Assembly (NCBI GenBank): GCA_043799385.1 | Contig: JAZDNV010000009.1 | Coordinates: 1-47,427 of the forward strand | Origin: Candidatus Aenigmatarchaeota archaeon | Lineage (GTDB): Archaea > Aenigmatarchaeota > Aenigmatarchaeia > GW2011-AR5 | Length of the DNA: 47,427 nucleotides | Direction of reading: 5' to 3' | Translations under genes and position numbers: made by a program | The notes under the pieces: model-generated | Databases searched by the model: none | Told to the model about the DNA's origin: nothing | What the model saw: only the letters and a program-made list of their open reading frames with translations | Shown: positions 1 to 10,173 of the stretch, piece by piece | Layout: every line of letters begins with the position of its first letter | Numbering within the stretch: the stretch's first letter is position 1

Positions 1-33
1 ATTTTTAAGAAGATTTTAGATATCTGATTGGAT

Positions 34-948
34 ATGGTAATGACGCCTGTGAAGAACGATGTTGATGATTTTCTGGATTCATTATCTGATGACCCTAAAT
101 CATCAGGTTTTGCTGCATTATCTACGTTCCGCGATGTTGCAGCAAGAGATATTTTCAAAACAATCGCTGACGACATAACTTCTCACTTCATTCCAAATGA
201 ATTTGCATACATATTGTGCAACAGGAAGAAAGGCGACAACATGAAAACCGACAGATATGTGGGTGAAGTTGATGGCTATTTTGAGTTATGCGGTATCGAC
301 ACAGGAATAGTCCGGATATCTGCCAAGGATGCTCAAATCTCTGAAAGGTTCTCGGACGATGAATATTATGAATATGCGTTTGAAAGACTGGCGTCGATGG
401 GTTACTCGAGGGAATTGCCGAAATGGCTGATAGGATGGATGAAGATCGTGCCTGACGCGATTGTCAACAGGTATCTGATGATAAACCTGCACCCATCTGG
501 TCCGGACGGTCCGAAAGGAAAATGGGAGGACGTCGTCTGGCAGTCGATAGAAGAGCACAGGAAGCACGTGGAGGCGATGATCCATATAGCAACGCCGGAG
601 ATGGACCGAGGCCCTGTACTTGTCCGCTATGATTACCCGACAAGCAAGAGGTGCAATAAATTATACGAAAAACTAGAAAGAAGGCTTGACAACGGCGAAT
701 CCTTCAAAGAAATAAAAGAAAATGAATACAGGACAAACCTTCTGTTCAAAAGATTCAGAATGGAGCAGCAAAGGCTCAAAGAGAACGCGCTGATTGCCGT
801 GGCGATGAGCATGCTCGGTTCCGGCGAATTGAGAATAGACGGCAGGAACATTTATCATAACGAACGACTGCTAACTAAAGAAGGTCTCCTCGTCAACGAC
901 CGCGTTGACGGATACATGCAGGGCAAGGGTGTATCCTTGCCGTACTGA
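34..948 (+). CDS. purN: Formyltransferase, PurN-like (GAR transformylase family, divergent)
   Basis: INLHPS and EMDRGP motifs keep the Asn/His/Asp catalytic residues; directly upstream of purM. ATG at 34 (ORF track starts at TTG 28). Confidence 0.75.
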   Translation: MVMTPVKNDVDDFLDSLSDDPKSSGFAALSTFRDVAARDIFKTIADDITSHFIPNEFAYILCNRKKGDNMKTDRYVGEVDGYFELCGIDTGIVRISAKDAQISERFSDDEYYEYAFERLASMGYSRELPKWLIGWMKIVPDAIVNRYLMINLHPSGPDGPKGKWEDVVWQSIEEHRKHVEAMIHIATPEMDRGPVLVRYDYPTSKRCNKLYEKLERRLDNGESFKEIKENEYRTNLLFKRFRMEQQRLKENALIAVAMSMLGSGELRIDGRNIYHNERLLTKEGLLVNDRVDGYMQGKGVSLPY

Positions 949-999
949 TTAAGGCAGTTGATTTAAAACTTTTCTGGAAGAATCTATAATCTGGTATTC

Positions 1000-2010
1000 A
1001 TGAAAACATATTCCGAAGCAGGCGTCGACAGAACGCAGAGGGATGAGGCAAAAAAACATCTCGATGAATTAAATTCGACACATGCTTACAGCAGATACGG
1101 AGGGATTGTCAAGACTCCTTTTAACGTTCTCTATCCTGTCTGCGGAAAATACCACGTGAAGACGTGCGACGGCGTCGGCACAAAGGTTCTGCTGGCGCAA
1201 CTGGCGAACAAGCACGACACGGTAGGAATAGACGCAATCGCGATGGTCGTCAACGACTGCATAAGGTGCGGCGCGACTCCGCTGGCGCTTACGAACGTGA
1301 TAGACATAAAAAAATCGACTCCTGAATTGCTCAGCGAGATAAAAAAAGGTTTGATAAAAGGCTCGCAGCTGGCTGAGTGTCCGATAGTCGGCGGCGAGAC
1401 TGCTGACGTACCTGAATTATTATCAGCGCAGTATCACATAAACTGCGACTGCATTGGCGAGGTTGAGAAGGAAAAGATAATAACTGGAACGAGAATACGG
1501 CCAGGCAACATTATAGTCGGACTGAGAAGTTCCGGCCTTCATTCCAATGGCATGTCGCTGGCAAGAAAGGTATTGTTCAAGGAATGGGGCGGAGCGTTTG
1601 ACGCGAACGACGCGATTCTTGGCAAAGCGCTTGTACTTGAGGCGTTGGAACCGACGATAATTTACGTGAAACGTTTTCTTGATATCGCAAAAGACATTGA
1701 TATTCTAGGCGCGGTCAACATCACAGGCGACGCTTACCTGAAATTCTCGAAGCTTCAGCAATTCTCTAAGGTCGGCTTTGAATTCGACAACTTCAAGCCC
1801 CAGCCGATATTCGAGCTTATACAGAAGACTGGCGGTATCGAGCAACGCGAGATGTTCTCCACGTTCAACATGGGTTGGGGATTTGCCGTAATAGTTGACG
1901 AGAGCGATGCAGAAAAAATAATTGGAAAAGACTCTGAGATAATCGGAAAAATCACGGATGGCGACAATATCGTCATAACGCATAACAACGAGAGGATAAT
2001 TCTACGATGA
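1000..2010 (+). CDS. purM: AIR synthase (phosphoribosylformylglycinamidine cyclo-ligase)
   Basis: TYSEAGVD, DGVGTK, GIDAIAMVVND, GGETA, SSGLHSNG and TFNMGWG motifs. Confidence 0.95.
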   Translation: MKTYSEAGVDRTQRDEAKKHLDELNSTHAYSRYGGIVKTPFNVLYPVCGKYHVKTCDGVGTKVLLAQLANKHDTVGIDAIAMVVNDCIRCGATPLALTNVIDIKKSTPELLSEIKKGLIKGSQLAECPIVGGETADVPELLSAQYHINCDCIGEVEKEKIITGTRIRPGNIIVGLRSSGLHSNGMSLARKVLFKEWGGAFDANDAILGKALVLEALEPTIIYVKRFLDIAKDIDILGAVNITGDAYLKFSKLQQFSKVGFEFDNFKPQPIFELIQKTGGIEQREMFSTFNMGWGFAVIVDESDAEKIIGKDSEIIGKITDGDNIVITHNNERIILR

Positions 2011-2020
2011 TGTGTTGAAA

Positions 2021-4942
2021 ATGCCGCACAGGATCGAGGTTGCGTTCAAGGAAGGTATGACTGACGCTGCAGGAAACGGCGTCAGGAAAAGGATTGCAGA
2101 AGACCTTGCCATTTCTGTGGATTACGTAAGGACCGTTGACGTATATACGATAGATGCAGAACTAAATGAAGAACAACTGGTGCTTTTAGGCGAGAATCTC
2201 TTTGCTGACCCGATAACGCAAACTTTCAGTTATGACGAGCCGTTGGATGCTGACTACGACTGGCTAATCGAGGTTGGATTCAAGCCAGGCGTGACTGACA
2301 ACGTAGGCAAGACAGCAAGAGAGGGTATAAAAGACATTCTGGGCATTAATGCAAACGTCTATACGTCAAGGCAGTACCTAATCAGTGGCAGAATAACTAG
2401 TGAAGACGCGGAAATGATTGCAAGCGGATTATTAGCCAATACGCTCATCGAACGGTGGATAGTAAAAAGAAAAGGCGAGGCTGTGGAAATTTCTCTGCCT
2501 TTGGTAAGGACGATGCACGAGCCTAAGGTTGAAAAAATAAACATCAACGTGAGCGATGAAGCGCTCATGCAGATAAGCAAGGAACGGCTGCTGGTTCTCA
2601 GTTTGGATGAGATGAAGGCGATAAAAGACCATTACAACAATCCTGCTGTCCTTAGCGAAAGAAAGAAGTTAGGATTAAGCAGCCCTACGGATGTTGAACT
2701 GGAGGCGATAGCACAGACATGGTCCGAGCACTGCAAGCACAAGATATTCAACGCAGTCATAGAATATGAAGAGAACGGTAAAAAGGAAAAAATCGATTCG
2801 TTGTTCAAAACATACATCAGGAAATCAACCGAAGAGATAGGCAAGGACTGGCTTGTATCAGTATTCAGGGACAACGCAGGCATAATAAGGTTCATCGATG
2901 GCTGGAATCTTGTAATGAAAGTCGAGACTCACAACACGCCCAGCGCTTTAGAGCCGTACGGCGGAGCGCTGACCGGAATAGTCGGCGTAAATCGAGACTC
3001 CATCGGAACAGGTATCGGCGCTAAACCGATATTTAATACAGACGTGTTCTGTTTTGCGCCGCCTGATTACAGCAAGGCAATGCCGCCAAGATTACTGCAT
3101 CCAAAAAGAATATTCGAAGGCGTAAGGCGCGGCGTAGAGCATGGCGGAAACAAGTCCGGGATACCTACGGTAAATGGTTCAATCGTTTTTGATGAACGTT
3201 TTCTTGGCAAGCCCTTGGTCTATTGCGGAACAGGGGGAATAATGCCATCGATGATAAACGGAACTGCAACAGACGAGAAGAGAATTGACGATGACGATTT
3301 CATAGTCATGACTGGTGGAAGAATCGGCAAAGACGGCATTCACGGCGCGACATTTTCGTCAGAAGAATTGCACGAATCGTCGCCCGTGAGCGCTGTGCAG
3401 ATTGGGGACCCGATAACGCAGAAGAAGATGCTAGATTTTCTGATGGAGGCGCGCGACCTTGGATTGTACAATGCGATAACCGACAACGGCGCTGGCGGTC
3501 TTTCGTCTTCCGTGGGCGAGATGGCACAGTTGAGCGGCGGCTGTGAAATCCATCTGGACAGGTGCCCGCTGAAGTATGCAGGCCTTGACCCGTGGGAAAT
3601 ACTTTTGTCAGAAGCGCAGGAAAGGATGACATTGTCTGTGGCGCCTGACCTGGTTGATGGATTTCTCGATCTAGCGAAGAGAAGAGACGTTGAAGCGACG
3701 GTGATAGGAAAATTCACGTCGAGCGGCAGATTCCATGTCATGTATAAAGGAAAGACGATTGCTTATATTGACATGAATTTCCTCCACAACGGATTGCCGC
3801 AGATGATATTAACTGCGAAATGGACGCGACCTGAAGCCGAGGAACCTGAGTTTGAAGAACCGGACCTCAGCGAAGAATTAAAGAAAATGCTTTCGCGCCT
3901 CAACATATGCTCGAAGGAATACGTTGTGCGGCAATACGACCATGAAGTACAGGGCGGCTCGGTTATCAAACCTTTGGGTGGTGCAAGAAATGACGGCCCG
4001 AGCGATGCAGGAATCGTAAGACCTTTGTTAAACATGAACGAAGGCGTTGTTATATCGCATGGCATCTGCCCGCGCTACGGAGATATAGACACGTATCACA
4101 TGGCTGCGTGCGCGATAGATGAGGCGATAAGAAACGCTATTTGCGTCGGCGCATCACCTGATTTCCTAGCAGGGCTTGACAATTTCTGCTGGTGCGACCC
4201 GATAAAATCAGAAAAGAATCCTGGCGGAGAATACAAGCTAGCGCAGCTCGTGCGGGCGAACAAGGCGCTCTATGATTACACGAAGATGTTCGGCGTTCCT
4301 TGCATCTCTGGAAAAGACAGCATGAAGAACGATTACATATTCGGCGACATAAAAATATCAATTCCGCCTACGTTACTTTTCACTGTCGTCGGAAAGATAG
4401 AAGACGTGAACAAGGCTGTCACCATGGATGCAAAAAATACTGGCGACTCGGTCTATATTATAGGGACTACCAGAAACGAGCTCGGTGGGTCTGAATATTA
4501 TTCAATGCACGGTATCGCAGGCGGCAATGCTCCTACTGTGGATAAGAACGCAAAGAAGTCGTACGATTCCCTTCACAGTGCCATATCGAGCGGTCTTGTT
4601 GAATCGTGTCACGACTGCTCGGATGGTGGACTTGCTGTTGCATTAGCCGAGAGCGCATTCGCAGGCGGTTTGGGAATGACCGTGAATCTTTCCAAAGTTC
4701 CTGCAGATAATCTAGAAAGGAATGACAAGATTCTTTTCTCAGAATCAGCAAGCAGGTTCATCGTGACTGTAAGACAGGAAAATAAAAAAGAATTTGAAAC
4801 GGTTATGCAGGGTTCGGTACTTGCTGATATTGGTGTAGTGATTGACGGTAGATTTATTGTCAAAGGTCTTGAAGGTGACGAAATTATCAACTCTGATATG
4901 AACGAACTAAAGGAGTCGTGGCAGAGGCCTCTGAGGTGGTAA
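2021..4942 (+). CDS. purL: FGAM synthase PurL with two tandem N-terminal PurS-like domains
   Basis: WSEHCKHKIF, KVETHNTPS, DNGAGG, LLSEAQERM and ISGKDS motifs; N-terminal repeat IEVAFKEGMTD / IEVGFKPGVTD. ATG at 2021. Confidence 0.93.
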   Translation: MPHRIEVAFKEGMTDAAGNGVRKRIAEDLAISVDYVRTVDVYTIDAELNEEQLVLLGENLFADPITQTFSYDEPLDADYDWLIEVGFKPGVTDNVGKTAREGIKDILGINANVYTSRQYLISGRITSEDAEMIASGLLANTLIERWIVKRKGEAVEISLPLVRTMHEPKVEKININVSDEALMQISKERLLVLSLDEMKAIKDHYNNPAVLSERKKLGLSSPTDVELEAIAQTWSEHCKHKIFNAVIEYEENGKKEKIDSLFKTYIRKSTEEIGKDWLVSVFRDNAGIIRFIDGWNLVMKVETHNTPSALEPYGGALTGIVGVNRDSIGTGIGAKPIFNTDVFCFAPPDYSKAMPPRLLHPKRIFEGVRRGVEHGGNKSGIPTVNGSIVFDERFLGKPLVYCGTGGIMPSMINGTATDEKRIDDDDFIVMTGGRIGKDGIHGATFSSEELHESSPVSAVQIGDPITQKKMLDFLMEARDLGLYNAITDNGAGGLSSSVGEMAQLSGGCEIHLDRCPLKYAGLDPWEILLSEAQERMTLSVAPDLVDGFLDLAKRRDVEATVIGKFTSSGRFHVMYKGKTIAYIDMNFLHNGLPQMILTAKWTRPEAEEPEFEEPDLSEELKKMLSRLNICSKEYVVRQYDHEVQGGSVIKPLGGARNDGPSDAGIVRPLLNMNEGVVISHGICPRYGDIDTYHMAACAIDEAIRNAICVGASPDFLAGLDNFCWCDPIKSEKNPGGEYKLAQLVRANKALYDYTKMFGVPCISGKDSMKNDYIFGDIKISIPPTLLFTVVGKIEDVNKAVTMDAKNTGDSVYIIGTTRNELGGSEYYSMHGIAGGNAPTVDKNAKKSYDSLHSAISSGLVESCHDCSDGGLAVALAESAFAGGLGMTVNLSKVPADNLERNDKILFSESASRFIVTVRQENKKEFETVMQGSVLADIGVVIDGRFIVKGLEGDEIINSDMNELKESWQRPLRW

Positions 4943-4944
4943 CA

Positions 4945-5712
4945 ATGCCAAAAGCTCTGATATTGACCGGTTACGGAATAAATTGCGATTACGAAACTGA
5001 ATTTGCATTCAACACTGCAGGCGCATCTACGAAAAGAGTGCATCTCAATGACATAATAGACCGTAAAATTTTAATGGAGGATTTCAACATACTTGCTATA
5101 CCGGGCGGATTTTCTTTCGGAGACGACATCGCATCCGGCAAGGTTCTGGGCAACAAGATGAGATACAACCTTAAAAACGAAATAGAGAGTTTCATTGATA
5201 ATGGCAAGCTCATAATCGGCATATGCAACGGCTTTCAGGTGCTGGTCAAGATGGGGATACTACCGTTCGTCGATTTTTCGCAGAGCACTACTCTCACATT
5301 CAACGATTCCGGACGCTTCGAGGACAGGTGGGTTCATCTGAAGATTAACGAAAAGTCAAAGTGCATATTCACTAGAGGAATAAAAAACATATACCTGCCT
5401 GTCAGGCACGGTGAGGGAAAATTTATCTCTGACAAGGATATGATAAATTTTCTGAATGAACAAAATCTGGTAGCGGCAAGATACGTTGATGAGAATGGAA
5501 ATGCAGCCACCTACCCATGGAACCCGAACGGTTCGATGGATAACATCGCAGCAATATCTGACCCTTCTGGAAAGATATTCGGGCTGATGCCGCATCCGGA
5601 AGGATTCCTTCACAAAACAAACCATCCGAGATGGACAAGAACGAAGATTACTGATGGAGAAGGCCTGCAGATATTCAGAAACGCAGTCGAATTCATAAGG
5701 AACGAATTCTGA
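4945..5712 (+). CDS. purQ: FGAM synthase glutaminase subunit
   Basis: GINCD, PGGFSFGD, GICNGFQ, NPNGS and MPHPE motifs; SD-like GAGGTGG before ATG 4945. Confidence 0.95.
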   Translation: MPKALILTGYGINCDYETEFAFNTAGASTKRVHLNDIIDRKILMEDFNILAIPGGFSFGDDIASGKVLGNKMRYNLKNEIESFIDNGKLIIGICNGFQVLVKMGILPFVDFSQSTTLTFNDSGRFEDRWVHLKINEKSKCIFTRGIKNIYLPVRHGEGKFISDKDMINFLNEQNLVAARYVDENGNAATYPWNPNGSMDNIAAISDPSGKIFGLMPHPEGFLHKTNHPRWTRTKITDGEGLQIFRNAVEFIRNEF

Positions 5713-5780
5713 TAAATCACGGAGAAATTACAAAAATAAAATTGGATGAGTTTTAAATAAATTATATTGATAGTAATGAA

Positions 5781-6377
5781 ATGCCAAAAAGGATACTAGT
5801 ATGTGCAGGACCCCAGCATGGGCTGCCTGCTGAATTCTATGCAGCAAAAATCATGGAATCCCTTGCTGTTGCCGGTTACGTTCCAAATAATGGGTATGAA
5901 ATTTTTCACAAACCTACAGGCGATGATGTCGTAAAAACTGTCATCGAACCCCGGGAGCCTTACGGATTCATGTTCCTGCAAGACGGGATACCACCGTCAA
6001 ACAGAAAGGAAGGTCATCATTTTTCTGTGCATGAAGTCATAAAAGCTGTTAAAGAGCATTATCCGAAAATGCCATTCTGCACGTTTAATTATAATTGTAA
6101 CGGAAATGAAAAACATTGGATGCCATGCCTGAGCGATGTCCACGTAGCAGGATACCCTGGAAAGGGCATATCTGTAAAAGATTTTTATGATGATACGACA
6201 AGAACGTTTCTCTTGGTCGGGTTGATGAGGGATGTTTTCAAGGAGATACCAAACATTAGACTGAGAAAGCTCGATGAAGATTTTAGGAATATACCTGGTG
6301 ATCAGACAGTTGGCGATTTTGAACAAAAGTTTGCCGAAGCCTATGCGCAGATGGCATGGGAAATGGGCAGGGCATAA
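5781..6377 (+). CDS. Hypothetical protein, possibly a degenerate receiver (CheY-like) fold
   Basis: 198-aa ORF with its own TATA-like box (TTTTAAATA near 5751); spacing of KRILV...GYEI...G.D.V...FMFLQD..PP...EVIKAVK..YPKMP resembles a receiver domain. Confidence 0.55.
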   Translation: MPKRILVCAGPQHGLPAEFYAAKIMESLAVAGYVPNNGYEIFHKPTGDDVVKTVIEPREPYGFMFLQDGIPPSNRKEGHHFSVHEVIKAVKEHYPKMPFCTFNYNCNGNEKHWMPCLSDVHVAGYPGKGISVKDFYDDTTRTFLLVGLMRDVFKEIPNIRLRKLDEDFRNIPGDQTVGDFEQKFAEAYAQMAWEMGRA

Positions 6378-6381
6378 AATC

Positions 6382-7281
6382 TTATAAAAATTTCAATTCT
6401 TCCTTTTTTGGCGTTCCGCGCGCGCCCTCTCTCGTTGTCGATAGCGCTGCAACGCGATTCGCGAATTTGCATGCTTCCTCAAGGCTTTTTTTATCAAGCA
6501 ACGCTGAAATAAATCCTGCGGAAAATGAGTCGCCTGCACCAGTCGTGTCCAATACATTCGCGTTCACTGCAGGAAATTTCTTGATAATGGTGTTTGTTAT
6601 CAAAGTGCATCCGCGATCTCCCTGCTTTATTACTACAACTTCGGGTCCATACTCCAACAATTTCTTGCCTGCCTTTTCGCCTTTTAATCCTGTGAGCATC
6701 TCTGCTTCGATCTCGCTTGGCAGTATTGCATAGCAATTCTTCATTATGCTTCTCATTTCATTTGGTTTTTTTGCAAATATCGTTCCAGGGTCCATTGTGA
6801 CTCTAACGCCTGCTTTTTTTGCTACCATGCTCGCATATTCAAATGCCTCGACGACGTTTTCTCCTATTATGCTGGTCATGTGAAGGAACTTTGCATTTTT
6901 TATGTAATCAACAGGTATGTTCTCTTTTTTGAAATTTACTGCAACGCCATCTGAGGTGAATAATATGCGCTCTCCCTTTGAATTTACGGTCGCTATCACG
7001 AGCCCTCCTGTTCCTGCTATCTTTGTTGTCTTGGAATAATCAACGCCATCCTTCTTGAACTCCTTTATCAGGAAATCAGCGAACTGGTCTGTACCAAGTA
7101 TGCCGACGAAGCCAGCGGATTTTCCTAGCCTTGACAGGCCGACTGCAACGTTCGCTGCAGAGCCGCCGGCAAGAAGCTTTACGTTGCCCGTTACGGAAAC
7201 TTCGTGATCTGGTTTTGGAAAATCTTCGACTCTTCCTATGATGTCAACGTTCGCGGCTCCAATACAAACAACATCAGGCAT
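6382..7281 (-). CDS. PfkB/ribokinase-family carbohydrate or nucleoside kinase
   Basis: GGSAANVAVGLSRLG and DTTGAGDSF signatures. Confidence 0.9.
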   Translation of the reverse strand: MPDVVCIGAANVDIIGRVEDFPKPDHEVSVTGNVKLLAGGSAANVAVGLSRLGKSAGFVGILGTDQFADFLIKEFKKDGVDYSKTTKIAGTGGLVIATVNSKGERILFTSDGVAVNFKKENIPVDYIKNAKFLHMTSIIGENVVEAFEYASMVAKKAGVRVTMDPGTIFAKKPNEMRSIMKNCYAILPSEIEAEMLTGLKGEKAGKKLLEYGPEVVVIKQGDRGCTLITNTIIKKFPAVNANVLDTTGAGDSFSAGFISALLDKKSLEEACKFANRVAALSTTREGARGTPKKEELKFL

Positions 7282-7282
7282 A

Positions 7283-8638
7283 TCACAACCTCAGCATCTT
7301 TTCCCAGTACTCGCACACGGATTCTGTTTTCTTTGATGCAATGCCCGTGTACTCGCCCGGGGTTTCTATCGCACGCTTCTGATTTGCAGTAAACATATTG
7401 AAATATTTCATGATGTCACCATCTTCTTTTATCGATTCGATTAAAGGCCTGTTTTTCATCGTAAGCCTCCTTACAGCTTCGTGCGCATCAGGATGGCCGT
7501 GAACCGAGAGCAGTATGTAGAACGGCTCTGCGGTTATCATCTCGCGATTGATAGCAAAGTTTTTTGCCATGCTGCCCTTGTCTATCACAATGCTCTTGCA
7601 GGTTTTGTTCATCCTCTCGACTGATATAAGAAAACCGGCAAGCATCTCAACGACAAAGCGCGATGACGCGGAGTTGGTGAGGTCTCGTTGATGCTCAGAT
7701 AGCTGGTCCATGTAGAGCGTCATTATTCGCGGCACAAACGCTTTCCACATGCTCTTCACATTCTCGAAATCTATCGGATTTCTTTTGTGTGGCATTGTTG
7801 AGGATCCGACTTGATTGTCTGAGAAAGATTGCGCAACCTCGGATATTTCTGTCCGCTGCAGATGGCGCATATCGTCTGCAAGATTTGCGATTACACCGAA
7901 TGACGATATTACTGCATGAACGAAATCTAACATGAACTCCGGCTCTACTATCTGCGTTGAATGGGTCGCAGGTTTAAGGCGAAGCTCATTCAAAACTTCC
8001 AATTCATATTCTTCCGGATCTTCAAAAATAAGCGACGTCGCGTTGTAAGCGCCGACCGCGCCTGACATCTTGCCTCTCAGGCCTTCTGCAGAATTCTTTA
8101 TCTCCAGTATGCTGTTGCCTAATCGACTGACGTATTCAGAAAGCGCGAAACCGAACGTTATCGGCTCTGCATGCTGTCCGTGCGTTCTGCCGATTTGCAG
8201 CGTATTTTTTTCGCGCATTGCTATGTCGATTATCGTCTTTTCCAGCTCCAGTAGGCTTGGTATCATCACCTTTTCAGAAAACTCTTTGAAGCGCAGCGCC
8301 TCTGCTGTGTTTATTATGTCGAATGATGTCGCGCCCAGATGAACGAATGGCCGCGCACCTTCGCTGACCTTTTTTCTTATGCAATTGACAAGCGCGCGGA
8401 TGTCGTGACGTATTCTTTTTTCTTCCTCGTAGACATCGCCAGGACTCACGCTATCGCATGCGTCGCTGATTTCTTTCGCAATCTCTTTTGTGCAAATGCC
8501 TCTCTTTGCAAGCGCTGATGCTATTGCCGACTCAACCTTAAGCTGGTACCTTATTCTTGCGTTCTCGGAAAGAAACTGCTGCAGTTTTTCATCTGCATAC
8601 CTGTGGTCCAACGGGCTTATGTTGTCAAATACGTCCAT
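7283..8638 (-). CDS. purB: Adenylosuccinate lyase
   Basis: HLGATSFD, GRTHGQHA and GSSTMPHKRNP motifs. Confidence 0.95.
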   Translation of the reverse strand: MDVFDNISPLDHRYADEKLQQFLSENARIRYQLKVESAIASALAKRGICTKEIAKEISDACDSVSPGDVYEEEKRIRHDIRALVNCIRKKVSEGARPFVHLGATSFDIINTAEALRFKEFSEKVMIPSLLELEKTIIDIAMREKNTLQIGRTHGQHAEPITFGFALSEYVSRLGNSILEIKNSAEGLRGKMSGAVGAYNATSLIFEDPEEYELEVLNELRLKPATHSTQIVEPEFMLDFVHAVISSFGVIANLADDMRHLQRTEISEVAQSFSDNQVGSSTMPHKRNPIDFENVKSMWKAFVPRIMTLYMDQLSEHQRDLTNSASSRFVVEMLAGFLISVERMNKTCKSIVIDKGSMAKNFAINREMITAEPFYILLSVHGHPDAHEAVRRLTMKNRPLIESIKEDGDIMKYFNMFTANQKRAIETPGEYTGIASKKTESVCEYWEKMLRL

Positions 8639-9596
8639 AAAATCCTGCCTTTGTCAGATTGTTCGTTATCCTTTCGACTATGTCCTCATACAAAATATTA
8701 AAATCATCGCCTGTTATCAGCTCAAATGCTTTTATGTACCGCTTTGCTGCTTCTATCATGACTTCTTCGCTCAACGCTGGAGGAGTACCGTCGCCAAGAA
8801 AACCCTGGTTAGCGAGCCAGCGCCTAAGGTATTCCTTGTCAAGCTCTTTCTGCGGCTCGCCGCGCTCGAATAATTCTTCGTAACTATCAGCAAACCAGAA
8901 ACGCGATGAGTCAGGCGTGTGGACTTCATCTATGACAAATATTTCTCCGTCGCATTCACCGAACTCATACTTGGTATCGACAAGTATCAGCCCGTTCTTT
9001 GAAACCAATCTGCTACCAAACTTGAAAAGCGCCAGGCTCATTTCAGCCATTCTGTCAAACGTTTCCTGGGAAATGATGCCTTCTTTTATTATCTCTTCCC
9101 TTGATATCGGCCTGTCATGCTCATGCGACTTCGTTGTCGGCGTTATTATTATTTTATCCAGCTTCTGGTCCTTCCTCAAGCCGTCAGGCAACGCATTTCC
9201 ACAAAAATTCCTGACGCCAAGATTATAGTTGTACCACAACGATGTTTTCGTGACGCCTGTTATGTACGCCCTCACTACAACTTCTATCGGTATCGTTTTG
9301 CACTCCTTCACGACCATGACGTTCGGGTCTATTATTTCGTTCATGTGATTATTTACAATGCCGCTTGTTTTCTCAAACCAGAACGCGGATAACTGATTTA
9401 GAACCTGGCCCTTAAGCGGTATTGTCCCAAGAATGCGGTCAAAAGCCGATATCCTGTCCGTCGAGATTATGACCCTGTTTCCGTTTATCACGTAACTGTC
9501 GCGGACTTTGCCACGGTAGAGCATGCCAAACGGAAAATTTGTTTCGTTCAGCGTGTTATTCAGGTTCTTTCTTATATACTCATCTATCATCTTCAC
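8625..9596 (-). CDS. purC: SAICAR synthetase
   Basis: [34 protein letters not shown] and LDKEYLR motifs. Confidence 0.95.
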   Translation of the reverse strand: MKMIDEYIRKNLNNTLNETNFPFGMLYRGKVRDSYVINGNRVIISTDRISAFDRILGTIPLKGQVLNQLSAFWFEKTSGIVNNHMNEIIDPNVMVVKECKTIPIEVVVRAYITGVTKTSLWYNYNLGVRNFCGNALPDGLRKDQKLDKIIITPTTKSHEHDRPISREEIIKEGIISQETFDRMAEMSLALFKFGSRLVSKNGLILVDTKYEFGECDGEIFVIDEVHTPDSSRFWFADSYEELFERGEPQKELDKEYLRRWLANQGFLGDGTPPALSEEVMIEAAKRYIKAFELITGDDFNILYEDIVERITNNLTKAGFYGRI

Positions 9597-9982
9597 GGCC
9601 TCGCTAAATCCAGTATCCTTTTTGCCAAGTGAGCGGCGTTCTCTCCGTTGTCTATGCCGACGGTTGCGACAGGAACGCCCTTCGGCAGCTGTGCAATCGA
9701 GAGCAATGAATCGAGACCACCCAACTTGCCAGAAACAGGGACGCCGATAACCGGTTTCTTTGTATAGCTTGCGACAAAACCCGGTAACGCCGCGGACAAG
9801 CCGGCAATTGCTATGAAAACCTTTGCATCAGATCTCTGGACAATGCTTTTTACGCGTTCCGGCTCGCGGTGGGCGCTTGCATATTCTACATTATACTCAA
9901 TCCCGTATTCGTTCAGTATTTTTTCAGCTTTCTTGACTATCTCTTCATCTGAGATGGAACCGGCAATTATAAGTACATCCAT
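9593..9982 (-). CDS. purE: AIR carboxylase / N5-CAIR mutase
   Basis: [24 protein letters not shown] and GVPVATV motifs. Confidence 0.93.
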   Translation of the reverse strand: MDVLIIAGSISDEEIVKKAEKILNEYGIEYNVEYASAHREPERVKSIVQRSDAKVFIAIAGLSAALPGFVASYTKKPVIGVPVSGKLGGLDSLLSIAQLPKGVPVATVGIDNGENAAHLAKRILDLARP

Positions 9983-10051
9983 GCGACCACACAGTTAATT
10001 ATCAAATTATAAAATTTATATATTTAAACCCAGCAAAAACATCGGATGGAT

Positions 10052-10134
10052 CTTTGTTTAAAAAATGATGGACATCTATTTGATGTCCACTGGCGATGAA
10101 CGATTGCTAACAATTGGTCTCTTTTTCAACAAAG
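10052..10134. repeat. Dispersed palindromic element, family A, copy 1 (degenerate)
   Basis: Terminal IR CTTTGTTTAAAAA / TTTTTCAACAAAG with internal hairpin TGGACATC-TATTT-GATGTCCA; similar to 20709-20805. Confidence 0.7.
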
Positions 10135-10143
10135 CTGCAAGCC

Positions 10144-10153
10144 TTTTTAAAAG
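10144..10153 (+). promoter_or_regulatory. TATA box for srp54 (leaderless spacing)
   Basis: TTTTTAAAAG about 25 nt upstream of ATG 10174. Confidence 0.5.
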
Positions 10154-10173
10154 TTCCGTAAAATATTGGTTCT

